The position numbers and the translations under genes are program-made. From Octopus sinensis (Eukaryota): a DNA stretch of 64,000 nt. The stretch covers positions 170,810,001 to 170,874,000 of the forward strand of contig NC_042997.1 in assembly GCF_006345805.1 (NCBI RefSeq). Reading direction: 5' to 3'. Within the stretch, counting starts at the first letter, position 1. Every line of letters begins with the position of its first letter. Below are positions 1-13,000 of the stretch, in pieces. The notes beneath the pieces are model-generated. The model had not been told where the DNA came from. It did not search any database and saw only the letters and a list, made by a program, of their open reading frames with translations.

Positions 1-475
1 AACTACTACTACTATTACTACTATTCTTTGTTACATGAACGATAAATTTCGATAGCAGATATTCTCTAGTTGTTGTTGACATAAAAACTATAAATAAATT
101 AAAAAAATACCAACACACAAAAATAAATAAATAAATAGATAAAGAAATACCAAAAATGTAAAATATCAATGAAAAGAATTCTGACACAGGAAAATAAGAA
201 AAAGGAAAGAAAAGAACGATACGGCTATAAAACTCGGTCCTGAAAACATAATGTTTCCACAGAGGAATTGTGGCCAATTAAATAACATTCACACCAATAT
301 CTGGAGAATCAGTCTCAGAGAATTAATCTGGAAGTGACGGAACTTATCTAAATACCATTATCTTATCTCTGCTATTTTAATTCTTTAATTTTTTTAATGG
401 TGTCTAACGTCTTTGTTGGTGACGTCGACGTCGTTGTTGTTGTCATCGTTGTTGTTGCTGTTGTTACTGCTACTG

Positions 476-607
476 TCTTCTTCTTCTTCTTCTTCTTCTT
501 CTTCTTCTTCTTCTTCTTCTTCTTCTTCTTCTTTTTCTTCTTCTTCTTTTTCTTCTTCTTCTTTTTTTTCTTCTTCTTCTTCTTCTTCTTCTTCTTCTTC
601 TTCTTCT
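476..607. repeat. (TTC)n microsatellite, preceded by a (GTT/GTC)n run
   Basis: Direct read of the sequence; explains the poly-K/E/F/S ORFs at 372-886. Confidence 0.97.
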
Positions 608-1062
608 CCACCTCTTTTCTCAACTTCTACTGCATTTAGCCTAGGACCATACTTTGTTAATTCTAGAATATTGTGGTCCAAGAAGGTGTTGGCATCACCT
701 TCATGTTACGGATCCATATTATTCAGGATGTTGTTTGTTGCTCTGAGTATCATTTGGTTCATGAACAGCATATTAGAAAGTTCTTATAATGATTCTGTTT
801 GCCCTTGTTTATACAATGATAACTCAGAGAAGATGTGGCTTTCATGCCATTTACACGAGGGAAGTTACACAGGAGGAGTATATTGATGTATTAGTCCAGG
901 TCAGTCAATACCGCTTCTTTGTGCCTGAGGTTTTCCTCAAATTTAACCACAAAGAATAATCTCTAATTCGAGCCTACTCTAAGCTACTAAGAATGCATGC
1001 GGCAACTTGATGATCCACTCACCACAAGCGATAGACTGGCGGTTGCACGGGCGCGAAAGCTA

Positions 1063-1398
1063 AGTTGTTATCCTCATTCCGTAAACGGTGGCTTTTAACG
1101 GGTGGAGAGCTGAACCATCCTTGGGTACAGAGGATTCGCAATCTAGACTAGGTTCTGAAAGTTTACCACACCATAGTGGATTACACCCTGGTTCCTCTGC
1201 TTTGTGGCAGATGTAGGAAGAAAGAGTGAGAGAAAGTTGTGGTGAAAGAGTACAGCGGAGTTCACCCCCACCCGTCGGAGCCTCGTGGAGCTCAGGCATT
1301 TTTGCTCAATAAACACTCACAATGCCCGGTTTGGGAATCGAAACGGCGTTCTTACGACCGCGAGTCCGCTGCCCTAACCACTGGGCCATTGCGCCTCC
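1063..1398 (-). mobile_element. tRNA-derived SINE, family D head with tail type 1
   Basis: Minus strand starts GGAGGCGCAATGGCCCAGTGGTTAGGG (A box) then GTTTCGATTCCC (B box). Body (CCACAACTTTCTCTCACTC) is shared with 11158 and 49843. Confidence 0.85.
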
Positions 1399-2347
1399 AC
1401 ACTGTTGCTGTTGCAGTCGGTTAATGATCTTTGTTTTTGTTGTGGGTTTTGCTGTTGTTTTTGTTGTGGATTTTGCTATTGGTTTTGTTGAGCCCGAGAT
1501 CAGCTCTGATTAAACAGACCTAGAATCCCAATCTCATGGTTTCGGGTTCAGTCTCACCGCCCGGCGAGATATATAAACAACGCTTACAGAGAGTAACACA
1601 TACGCTCACATCTTTTATTTTTTATTTGTTTCAGTCATTGGACTTCGGCCAAGCTTCCAAATTCACCTCATCTTAATCTAGAAGAGATTATCACTCCTAT
1701 GATAACTGACCGCTATGATAATTGATGGGTACACCACGCGTCAATTTTTTCTTTCATCCTTTAATCAAGAGAGAACGACAATGCTCAAGACCCTTTATTT
1801 GCAGGGCCTGTGAGACTGGGTTGATGGGTAGGTGGGTAGGAAAATAAAGAGGGCGGTATCTTCAAACCGAAAATATGACCGGAATGTTTGCAAGGGAGTG
1901 GAGTATACTAAAAGCATTTAAGGACCAGGTGGGGGGGTGCTGGTGTAAATACCGAGTGATAAATTAGATCTACGATCCATTAAAGCCCCAATGGGATTCG
2001 AACACGGAGCACAAAGGAATCACAAGGCATTCCGTTGTAACGAGTTCACCCGTTTGCCACCTTCTGGTTTACTCCGAGGTGGGGAGGGTAAAAGCAAAGT
2101 TGACCTCGGTAACATTTAAACTTAGAACGTATGAAACTGAAATAAAACCACAAGGTATTTCATCTAGTGCTTCAATAAATTACTCTACCTATATCAATGC
2201 ATGCATGGTTGTGTGGATAGGAAGCTCGCTTTGAAGTCATTAGATTTTGGGTTCAGTCCCACTGCGCAGCACAGTGGGTAAGGGTCTATATCTATGGACC
2301 GACTAATGCTTTATGATGATAAAAGGAAACTGTGTAAAACCCCGCCG

Positions 2348-2388
<41 letters not shown>

Positions 2389-2397
2389 TATATATAT

Positions 2398-2448
<51 letters not shown>

Positions 2449-2599
2449 TATGTATGTATGTATGTATATATGTATGTATGTATGTATGTATGTGTGTGTA
2501 TTTATGTTTGTATGTATGTATAAATGTATGTGTGTGGTGTATTTATGTATGTATGTATTTAAATAAGTTACGTACATTACACACATACATGTGTGTGAA

Positions 2600-2921
2600 G
2601 GTGCATGGCTCAGTGGTTAAAGCGTCGGGCTCACAATCATGAGGTAGTGAGTTCGATTCTCGGACCGAGCTGTGTTGTGTTCTTGAGCAAGACACTTTAT
2701 TTCACGTTGCTCCAGTTCACTCAGCTGTAGAAATGAGCTGCGATGTCACTGGTGTTAAGCTATATCGGCCTTTGCCTTTCCATTGCATAACATCGGTAGC
2801 GTGAAGAGGGGAGGCCAGTATGCATGGGCGACTGCTGGTCTTCCATAATCAACCTTGCCCGGACTTGTGCCTCGGCGGGTAACTTTCTAGGTGCAATCCA
2901 TGGTCATTGATAACCGAAGGA
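2600..2921 (+). mobile_element. tRNA-derived SINE, family C head/core with a distinct tail
   Basis: GGTGCATGGCTCAGTGGTTAAAG...GAGTTCGATTCTC, then the core CTTGAGCAAGACACTTTATTTCACGTTGCTCCAG shared with 40541 and 44980. Confidence 0.85.
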
Positions 2922-2923
2922 GA

Positions 2924-2983
<60 letters not shown>

Positions 2984-3067
2984 TATCATTAAAAATGCCT
3001 GAAGATACTGTGCATCCTGAAACTGAAAGTAGCAAGGGAGTGGCTCGACCAAAATAAAATATATAAT

Positions 3068-3291
3068 TAAGAGAGGGTGCTGAAAAGGGTCCTGGCTTTA
3101 AGGGTATCATGAAAGGCCTGGTTGGAGGCCCAACCTTCCCAGTTCTTTTACAGGGTTTAGAAAAACTGAAAGACCGCTGCAATAAGTGTGTGAATCTGAG
3201 AGGGGAATATCATGAATAAAATCATAATTAAGTGATATCCTCTCGTATTTTCTTTTACCCAAAGCCAGGAATTTTTCAGTCCCTCCTCGTA
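3068..3291 (+). mobile_element. mariner internal-deletion derivative
   Basis: Imperfect TIRs (GAGAGGGTGCTGAAAAGGGTCCTGGCTTT / AAAGCCAGGAATTTTTCAGTCCCTCCTCGTA). Interior translates QGLEKLKDRCNKCVNLRGEYHE*, resembling a mariner transposase C-terminus. Confidence 0.7.
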
Positions 3292-3342
3292 ATGTCTACT
3301 AGTTCAGAGTACTCTTTTTTTCCGACAGTGAACACTAAACAG

Positions 3343-3384
<42 letters not shown>

Positions 3385-4347
3385 TGAGTGTGTGTGTGCG
3401 TGTGTGTGTGCGTGTGTGTGTGTGTGTGTGTGTGAGTGTGTGTGTGTGTGTGTGTATTTGTCCCCCATCGCTTGACGACCGGTGTTTGCTCACGCCCCCG
3501 TAACTTAGGAGTTCGGCAAAAGACACCGATAAAACAAGTAAGTACCAGACTTAAAAAGTAAAATAAGTAAGTGGGATTAATTTGTTCAACTCTAAAAAAT
3601 AAAAAAGAAATCCGTCTAGGTCGTGCTCCAGTATGGCCGCCGTCCAATAATTCCGAAACAAATAAAAGCTGAAAGATACCAAGTCGCTGCCTTAAAGCTA
3701 ATTTCATTTATTTATTTATTTATTTTTGAATCAATAAAATTGAAAAAAAAAAAGGGAAAATAACAACCAACAAGTAAAAAGAGTAACAAATTAATTATGT
3801 ACTCTTAATGACTGTCATGATTTATTTTTTTATTTAATTTAAATACTCTCACTTTGTAAACTGTCTAGGCTATAAATTTAATAAATAAAAACAAGTAAAT
3901 AAAAGCCTTTATTTATTTATTTAGTTATTCAGTTGGTTTGTTGTTTGGTCCATTAACTCATGTAACAGTTGTAATAATATTTTCACGATACTTCGAATAA
4001 CTGCTTGTCAATAAATGATTGAAAATTGTATTAAAACGCTATCTTAATAACTCTTGAGCATATATTTCACTTAAACAAACTCCACCTCCGTTTTTTTTTC
4101 TTCTTTTTTCCCATTTTTTTTTTATGTGATGGTAGAAGAGGCATTAATTTGTTGTATCCTAACATGTCTGAAAACGTTTAATATGGCAGAATCGTAAACA
4201 CATCGGACAAAACGCTTCCCGGCTTTTCTACCGCGTCTTTGCATTTCAGGATTGTTGAAAGAAGTACCAGTTGAGTACAGGAATCGATGTAATCGATTAG
4301 ATCCGGTCCTCAAAATTTCAGGCTTTGTTCCTGAAACACCTTGCTTA

Positions 4348-4858
4348 CCGTAAATCCTCGAGTATAATCCGCACTTTTTCCCCAAAATTTAAAGGTCAAA
4401 ATCCCTAGTGCGTACTATATACGAGGTTCAGAATGAAAGATATTTTCTAAACAATGTCCGAGTCTCTATTTGCTGTCCGGCAATGTTTATTCAAACGCAT
4501 TTTGTGATGTCGGGCGCGAAAATACCTTAAGCTAAGCCTGAAAGCAATGAAGTCATAAAAGAACCATCCATAACTTGCAGCAAGCAACATTTATTAAACG
4601 TTATTACTGTTATTTTTTTATTTTCTGCAAACAGAATGCACAAAAAACTACACGTTTGCATTATGTTATATATACAATAATAATAAAGGACGTTGCTGTA
4701 TACAGTTTTACAAACCAAGGACGTTATATAGACCTCATTGACTCATGTTAAAGAAGGGGTGCGTATTATACACAAGGTTTAGGTTTTTCAGAGTTACAGC
4801 CCCCTAAAACTCCCCTGCGTATTATACTCAAGGGCGGACTATACTCGAGGATTTACGG
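4348..4858. mobile_element. Tc1/mariner-superfamily MITE (Tc2/pogo-like TIRs), copy 1
   Basis: TIRs CCGTAAATCCTCGAGTATA...TATACTCGAGGATTTACGG flanked by TA on both sides; second copy in opposite orientation at 26641-27162. Confidence 0.88.
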
Positions 4859-5085
4859 TATTCGTGTAGTCCATTACTTATTTGGACTGCAGCCGAGCTG
4901 GGGCACTGACACGAAGGGTTTTAAACGAAAATATATTTTTAGTGTTTTTTTAAGTCTGGTGCTCATTCTAATAGTCTCTATTGACGAATCTCTAAGTTGC
5001 GGACGCGTAAGCAAACCAACTCCGATTGTTAAGCGTTGGTGAGGTGACAACTACAGACACAAATACAGTGATACACACACACGCG

Positions 5086-5147
<62 letters not shown>

Positions 5148-5518
5148 ATCTATACATATGTATGTAATAAGTGAAAAAAGTGTACAGTAAATGCGCAAAC
5201 GAAAAACGGACACAGAATGGCAAGTTAAAAAACGTATAATAAATGCACAGACCGTATGAAAGGCGGAATTTGAACTCAGAACGTAACGACAGACGAAATA
5301 CCGCTAGGCATTTCGCTCGCCGCCATAGGAGAATATATTATTAAATCACAACAACTGTTTCAACACATCAAGCATCGACACTTCTTATGGGACACAAAAA
5401 ACTGGTACAGGAGCATCCGGCGGTGCGGACGTATCTCGTCGGGTGATAAATAAAAAAAATCTCGGCTTGGATATTTCAAACCCATATGTGCGTGTGTGTG
5501 CGCGCATACATACATACA

Positions 5519-5579
<61 letters not shown>

Positions 5580-5623
5580 GCTTCTCGCCCTTATGGCTAA
5601 GTTCAATATCAAAACCTTATATA

Positions 5624-5672
<49 letters not shown>

Positions 5673-5864
5673 TATACTTATGTATGTATGTATGTAGGTA
5701 TTCATGGAAATGAATCAATATCAAAAAAAATTACAATTCTTGTAAAATTTCAAGATTTACAGATTAGTATCTTAATTCGTGCCTCAGATTGCTACGTACG
5801 TCACGCAAGAATGGTTTATTTATAAGTGTGCGTGTGCATGCATGTATGTGTGTACATACATACA

Positions 5865-5895
<31 letters not shown>

Positions 5896-6320
5896 TAAAA
5901 CATCTAATGTGATGAATTGTCATAAGTGAGATATTGACTTTTAACATGATAGTTTCTCTGTGCATTGATCTGTGAAATGAAATGAACTGGAAACTATTGT
6001 AGGCACTTCTTCGTTGTCACATTGTTACACAACATCAGGATAACAGCTTAACACTGATTAATTCTGTTACTAGTGCAGTTTCACTAATTCACACATAATT
6101 GCGTGCACAAAGCATACATTTTTCTTCTTATTATTATTATCAGAGAATGTATATATGTATTTTAATACTTTCGTGACAACCAGTACTTAACGCAACAAAG
6201 TTTTTACAAAGCCTTTACATTTTACTTTTGACAATCTTTTTCTAAAAAAGTGAGACCGGTCAAGGGAATAAACACCTTTTAAAATTGCATTTTCGAACCT
6301 TATTTCATATACATACATGC

Positions 6321-6372
<52 letters not shown>

Positions 6373-6404
6373 TTATGTGTGTGTGTGTATTTATGTGTGT
6401 GTTT

Positions 6405-6610
6405 GTGTGTCTATGTTTTTCCCTCTAGCATTGCTTGACAACCGATGCTGGTGTGTTTACGTCCCCGTCACTTAGCGGTTCGGCAAAAGAGACCGATATA
6501 ATAAGTACTGGGCTTACAAAGAATAAGTCCCGGGGTCGATTTGCTCGAGAAAAGGCGGTGCTCCAGCATGGCCGCAGTCAAATGACTGAAACAAGTAAAA
6601 GAGTAAAAGA

Positions 6611-6612
<2 letters not shown>
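6405..6612 (+). mobile_element. SINE family B, 3' half
   Basis: GCTTGACAACCGATGCTGGTGTGTTTACGTCCCCG...CATGGCCGCAGTCAAATGACTGAAACAAGTAAAAGAGTAAAAGAG, matching the full copies at 24707 and 55426. Confidence 0.9.
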
Positions 6613-6647
<35 letters not shown>

Positions 6648-6651
<4 letters not shown>

Positions 6652-6759
6652 GAGCTCCGCTCGAAACGTTAAATCCTCCTTCTTTCTTTCCTTTCCTGAG
6701 CATCCAATAACACTATACTTGTTCCACGTACTCGCGTTGTTGTGTTTTCATGCTTGGAT

Positions 6760-6773
<14 letters not shown>
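6648..6773 (+). mobile_element. short Penelope-LTR-like repeat with a hammerhead-like motif (HHR-1), 5' core eroded by (TA)n
   Basis: TGA-A-GAGC-TCC-GCTC-GAAAC-GTT at 6648-6670; downstream TTCCTGAGC motif shared with the other HHR-1 copies. Confidence 0.6.
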
Positions 6774-6844
<71 letters not shown>

Positions 6845-6847
<3 letters not shown>

Positions 6848-6968
6848 AATCCATTCATAAGGCTTTGTAAAAGAGGCTAGAGTAGAAGACATTTGCCCAA
6901 GGTGCTACACAGTGAGACTGAACCCAGAATCATGTGGTTGGGAAGCAAGCTTCTTACCACACGGCCAC
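6845..6968 (-). mobile_element. SINE family B, 5' half
   Basis: Reverse complement of GTGTGGTAAGAAGCTTGCTTCCCAACCACATGATTCTGGGTTCAGTCTCACTG...CCTTGGGCAAATGTCTTCTACT. Confidence 0.88.
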
Positions 6969-7905
6969 ATTTTGTCGAGATAGGGAAGAGAAATCCAATT
7001 AAAAATCCAATTAAATTGAGTATTCGAAAGGCAGTCTCAACATAACAAGTTCAAATGCAGTTCAAACCGGAGTTTTAGTGGCATACCATATTGAGCACTC
7101 AAAGTGCATACACATTGGTTTGAATCACCTGACGAAAACTCTTCGTATACTTTATTTTATATATGTATATTCTCATGTCCACACATTCACATATGTATTT
7201 ATATGCTAAACTTTTGGAAAGTTTTACATATTTTGACAGTGCCATTGAAAGTTTTATGTAATTTGCTTTCTCGCTTTTGGTTTTGAGAACTCTAATTTCT
7301 CAAGATTAGTTCCATTACCATTTACTAGTACCCCAATAATTACGAGTATAAATCTGAACTTGTGATCCGAGTATAATTTGTTCAGCGCAAGTGTTTTCGT
7401 TTTTTCAGATCTTATGTATGTATGTATGTATGTATGTATGTATGTATGTATGTATGTATGTATGTATGTATGTATGTATGTATGTATGCATGCATGCTTA
7501 CACAAAACGTACGTAGATACGTGCATAGGTAGGTGTGAAGGTATGTATGCATACGTGTTTGCATATATATAAATATGTGTGTGTATTTATGTGTTTGTGC
7601 GCATGTGTGAATGCAGGCTGGTCTGTATGCATGTATGTAGGTATGGATGGATGGATGCGTGCATGCATGTATGCGTTTATGTATGCATGTGTGTATGTAA
7701 GTACGTATGTATCTGTCTGACTGTCTGTCTGCCTTCATGCATAAATACATGTTCGAGTGCGCGCGGGTATTTTTGATCTCAGTACCTTGCCGTATTTTAT
7801 TTTGCCTTTCATCCAACTGAATTCATTAATATAATTACTGTATATACAGAAAATAATCGCCATGTGTGTGTATATGCTTTTATACATACATATATACTTA
7901 CATAC

Positions 7906-7962
<57 letters not shown>

Positions 7963-7987
7963 ATATATATATATATATATCTGTATA

Positions 7988-8071
<84 letters not shown>

Positions 8072-8599
8072 TCATTCCCAAGTACGGGAATCGATAATAC
8101 CGATTACATCTTAAAGGTAGTGCTTCGATATAGTCACAGTCCAATGGTTGCAACCATTAATATATGTATGGGAAAAGAAGGGAGAGAGAGGGGGTGAGGG
8201 GAGAGGGAGTGGAGGAGAGAGAGAGGTGGGGTATGAAAGCGCGCGCGATGTGCGTACTAATTGCATATAGAGGCTTTCTACATTTATCCACTTTCGTATT
8301 GAAGTTTTTTAATTTTTATACTTTGTATGAACGCTGAAATATTGAGGTGCATAAGGGCAGGATGGAAACTGTTTATCTCAATAAAGCTGGATAAGACCCT
8401 ACGTGTTTAACTCTTCAATAGCAACATCCTACCGTATGCTCTTACATGCAAGTGAAACGTGGGCTACGGGGAAGAGGGAAGAACATAGATTTCTACGAGG
8501 AGTGCCGTCTGAGGGTATGGGCACGCTCGGCAGTTGCCCAGAAGCCTTGCGGGCCAATTTGGACCTATGCATGATTTGTCATGCTGTCAATAAATATAT

Positions 8600-9325
8600 G
8601 ATATAAGGGCAGAGCTTACAGTGATGCTAAGACGGCCCTAACTAAAATACAAAGGTCCTTGGTAAGATCCGTGCGGGGAATATCATTGCGAGAGTATATC
8701 CTATTTCTTTACTACCCACAAGGGGCTAAACATAGAGGGGACGAACAAGGACAAAGGGATTAAGTCGATTACTTCGACGCCAGTGCGAAACTGGTACTTT
8801 ATTTATCGACCCCGAAAGGATGAAAGATAAAGTCGACCTCGGCGGAATTTGAACTCAGAACGTAACGACAGACCAAATACCTATTTCTTTACTGCCCACA
8901 AGGGGCTAAACACAGGGGGAACAAACAAGGACAGATAAACGGATTATGTCGATTATATCGACCCCAGTGCGTAACTGGTACTTATTTAATCGACCCCGAA
9001 AGGATGAAAGGCAAAGTCGACCTCGGCGGAATTTGAACTCAGAACGTAACGGCAGACGAAATACCGCTAAGTATTTCGCCCGGCGCGCTAACGTTTCTGC
9101 CAGTTCACCGCCTTCATTGCGAGAGTATATCCGAAATGAGGTAATTGGAGAACTGGGCAGAATGAAAGACATGATCGCAGAATACTGAAGGCAGAAGTCA
9201 TGCCTGACCAGACATGTTGCAACGTTCACAGACAATGGATGGACCTGTACTCTTTCCGAATGGTGTCCAAGAGAACGGAAAAGCCACTCGGAAGGCCTTT
9301 ACAACTATGGGAAGACGATTTAGAT
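8600..9325 (+). mobile_element. RTE-clade LINE 3' remnant, interrupted by a SINE
   Basis: With the SINE removed it reads RSVRGISLREYIRNEVIGE...RHVATFTDNGWTCTLSEWCPRE...WEDDL, matching the RTE post-RT pattern (GHVAR.TDNRW...W.PR...W.DDL). A smaller MLLHASETW piece lies at ~8430. Confidence 0.75.
8702..9114 (-). mobile_element. SINE family A, 1.7-mer (full monomer plus headless second unit)
   Basis: Head GGCGGTGAACTGGCAGAAACGTTAG, B box GAGTTCAAATTCC, core CTTTGCCTTTCATCCTTTCGGGGTCGAT. 18-bp TSD CATTGCGAGAGTATATCC at 8684-8701 and 9115-9132. Confidence 0.92.
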
Positions 9326-9659
9326 CAGGGTTTCTCAACCATTTTCTTTATCTATAGACCCCTTTGGTTACTATTTTATTCTAGTGGACCCCATAACCAG
9401 TCGATGCTTAAATATAGACACGTCTATCAAAATTCCTATTTCGTTTTTCATACATTAACTTATGTAGGTTGAACTAAGTAAAATATTAGAGAAAGAAACC
9501 TTGTTTCTTGCAATACATTCCAATACATACATCTAAAGCAAATTTTTTTCAGGGGCCTTTAAAATACTATTGTAGACCTACAATTTATATTTTGTTGCGT
9601 GGATCCCAAAAATTTTATATGGACCCTCAGGGGCCATATGGACTCGGTTAAGAAGCATT
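9326..9659. mobile_element. hAT (Charlie-like) MITE
   Basis: Terminus CAGGGTTTCTCAACC and far end GGTTAAGAAGCAT. Related ends at 11010-11026, 58407 and 59148-59163; flanks ATTTAGAT/ATTAAGAT resemble the Charlie target preference. Confidence 0.7.
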
Positions 9660-9769
9660 TTTCTTTTTTTTCGCTTACGGAACTCTTTGATTCCTATTTT
9701 ACTCTATTGCACCACCCCCTAGCTATTCGACATTAAAAAAATCCTATTATATTTTTATAATTAAAATAG

Positions 9770-10517
9770 GGCGCAGGAGAGGCTGTGTGGTAAGAAGCTT
9801 GCAACCCAAATACATGATTCCGAGTTTAGTCCCACTGCGTGGCACCTTGGGCAACTGTCTTCTACTATAGCCTCGGGTCGACCAAAGCCTTTTGAGTGGA
9901 TTTCGTCATATATATATATATATATATATAGATAAGAAAGTTTGTTTGGTAAAGCACGTGGGTGAATATATAAGAAAATAGTAAAAGTGAAAAAAACGAC
10001 AGAAGGCTTAAATGTTAAAAAAATATATATATTTGTGTCAAAATGTCTGGAAATATTGGAAAAATTTTTTTCCTTTCCTTAAAATGACATAATTTTCATA
10101 ATTTTTAAAGAAATACCGGTTTCGCGTGAGCTTTTCAAATTTCTTGTGACGTTATGTTTATTGCATGGAGTTATCGTTGTGTTTATTTTCAGGAGATTTC
10201 TAAATAAGGGGAACATACTGACACAGAGAAATTAACAAGCGATTATCTCCCTTACACCGGAAGAAATCACTCACTACCTCCCCTTATTTAGAAATCTCCT
10301 GAAAATAAACACAACGATAACTCCATGCAATATAAACATAACGTCACAAGAAATTTGAAAAGCTACACGCGAAACCGGTATTTCTTTAAAAATTATAAAA
10401 TTATGTCATTTTAAGGAGAGGAAAAAAAATTTTCCAATATTCTCCAGACATTTTGACACAAATATATATATATTTTAACATTAAGCCTTCTGTCGTTTTT
10501 TCACTCTTTACTATTTT

Positions 10518-10562
<45 letters not shown>

Positions 10563-10870
10563 AATATACACACACACACACACACACATACATACAGATA
10601 TATATATATTTTGATAACAAATGGTAAGACATAAAAGAATGAAAGCGACCTCAATATTATGTAAATATATGTATATATATTTGTCTGTGTTTGTCCCCCC
10701 TCCATCGCTTGACAACCGATGTTGGTGTGTTTACATCCCCGTAACGTAGCGGTTCGGTAAAAGAGACCGATAGAATAAGTACCAGGTTTACAAAGAATAA
10801 GTCCATGGATCGATTTTCTTCAACTGAAAAGGCGGTGCTCCAGCATGGCCGCACTTAAAATGACTGACAC
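9770..10870 (+). mobile_element. SINE family B with a ~560-bp foldback element inserted in its internal microsatellite
   Basis: Head GGCGCAGGAGAGGCTGTGTGG at 9770; tail resumes at ~10680. Confidence 0.85.
9966..10525. mobile_element. long inverted-repeat (foldback/MITE) element
   Basis: Arms ~9966-10212 and ~10279-10525 are near-perfect reverse complements around a 66-bp spacer. Confidence 0.9.
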
Positions 10871-11157
10871 ACCTGAAAGAATACAATATTATCAAGAAAT
10901 ATATCCAAAAAATCTTAAAATATTTTATGTGTTGTAAATGCATAACCAGTTTATTGCACGAAAGTTTTAGCAACAAAATTTTATGAGACCACCAAAGGTC
11001 ATATGGAACCCGGTTGAGAAACACTGATTAAGATAATTGATTTGGGCCAAGATGGGGAATAATGGCGCTATCAAGAACTGGAAGCGCATTGTGACTAGCG
11101 GTGTATAACCACATTCGATAATCTGGCCGATACAGTGGTACAATGATGTGTATACGT

Positions 11158-11515
11158 GGAGGCACAATGGCCCAGCGGTATCGATTCCCAGACCGGGCGT
11201 TGTGAGTGTTTATTGAGCGAAAACACATGAAACACCTAAAAGCTCCACGAGGCTCCGGCAGGGGATGGTGGTGATCCCTGCTGTACTCTTTCACCACAAC
11301 TTTCTCTCACTCTTACTTCCTGTTTCTCTGTGGTACCTGTATTTCAAAGGGCCGGCCTTGTCACTCCTCTGTGTCACGCTGAATATCCCGAGAACTATGT
11401 TAAGGGTACACGTGTCTGTGAGTGCTCATCCATTACACGTTAATTTCACGAGCAGGCTGTTCCGTTGATTCGGATCAACCGGAACCCTCATCGTCGTAAC
11501 CGACGGAGTGCTTCC
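11158..11515 (+). mobile_element. SINE family D head with tail type 2
   Basis: GGAGGCACAATGGCCCAG head and D body, then the tail GTACCTGTATTTCAAAGGGCC...CGTCGTAACCGACGGAGT also seen at 40678-40858. Confidence 0.85.
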
Positions 11516-11940
11516 ACAATGATGTATGTGTGTGGTGTATGTATGCCTTTGTGTTTGTGTTTGCCCACTCTCATCCATCACACGGTATGACAACCGCTGT
11601 TGGTTTGTATACGACCCCGTAAATTAGCGGTTCGGTAAAAGAGGCCGATGTAAAATACCAGGCCGAAAACAAGTACTGACATTGATTTGTTCGACTAACA
11701 CAACAAAATGGCCGCAGTCCATTAAGTGAAACAAGTAATAGAGTGTGTGCACATAGTAGTGTGTGCGTGCGCATGTAATGTGTGTGTATGTGTTGTGTGT
11801 GTGTGTGTGTGTGTGTGTTGTGTGTGTGTCTAGGCATTCGTTTGTTTCTATATACGAATATGTTTAACTGTATGACTTCTCTCTTACTGTCATAAATAAA
11901 TAAATAAATAATTTTATTTTTTCATTTCCTCATGGTGTGC

Positions 11941-11995
<55 letters not shown>

Positions 11996-12032
11996 GTGTG
12001 TATGTAAGTGTATGCTCATGACTTTTATTACC

Positions 12033-12269
12033 TATTTCTTTACTACCCACAAGGGGCTAAACACAGAGGGGACAAACAAACAAGGACAGACAAACGGATT
12101 AAGTCGATGATATCGACTCCAGTGCGTAACTGGTACTTAATTTATCGACCCCGAAAGGATGAAAGGCAAAGTCGACCTCAGCGGAATTTGAACTCAGAAC
12201 GTTGCGGCAGACGAAATACGGCTACGCAATTCGCCCGGCGTGCTAACGGTTCTGCCAGTTCGCCGCCTT
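12033..12269 (-). mobile_element. SINE family A monomer
   Basis: Full head, core and tail; 16-bp TSD CATGACTTTTATTACC at 12017-12032 and 12270-12285. Confidence 0.93.
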
Positions 12270-12901
12270 CATGACTTTTATTACCGATCACAAAGAGTCG
12301 GTAGCAAAACGATATCACCCCCTCTATCTCTCTGCGTGTGTCTCCATCCTTATAACACTCTTCTGTCTGTCTCTCCCTCCTACTCTCTCTCTCTCTCTCT
12401 TCTCTCTTTCTCTTTTTCCGTCTGCCTGTCTGTCTGTCTCTCCCTACCCACCCTTCTCTCTCTCTTCTTTTTTCACACTTCCACCCTGTTTCTTGTTGAT
12501 CATAATTGCTATTTCTTATGATATAAATATACGTTTCGGGTGTGGCTATATTCCTGTATGTGAATCTGTGTTTATACACGTACATGTGTGTAAAATAGGT
12601 CCTTTCTCTTAGATTACGTGTTGTAAATGTGTGTTGCGGTTAATATCCTTTTTATTATTTTCTACTTTTACGCAAAGGAAGTCGGTAGTAAACCACAGCG
12701 GTCTATCTGCATCTCCTCTCCTCCCTCTTTCTCTCTGCTCTTTCTTTCTGTTTGTGTGTCGGTCTCTCTGTTTCTGTCTCTGTCTTTCTCTTTCCCTTTC
12801 TCATTCACTCATATTGTCACACCTTCACATTCTGACCTCATCAATTTCTCTTCATAAATTATATCAGACCGCGCGTTACTCATTCTGTCCGTCAGGACAC
12901 G

Positions 12902-12956
<55 letters not shown>

Positions 12957-13000
12957 ACACACACACACACACACACACGTGTATATATATATTTTTCCCG

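Noticed and set aside
630-1020. Possible coding remnant (minus strand ...DHNILELTKYGPRLNAV)
   Set aside because: Only a vague likeness to a GIY-YIG C-terminus, with stops in frame; not supportable without a search.
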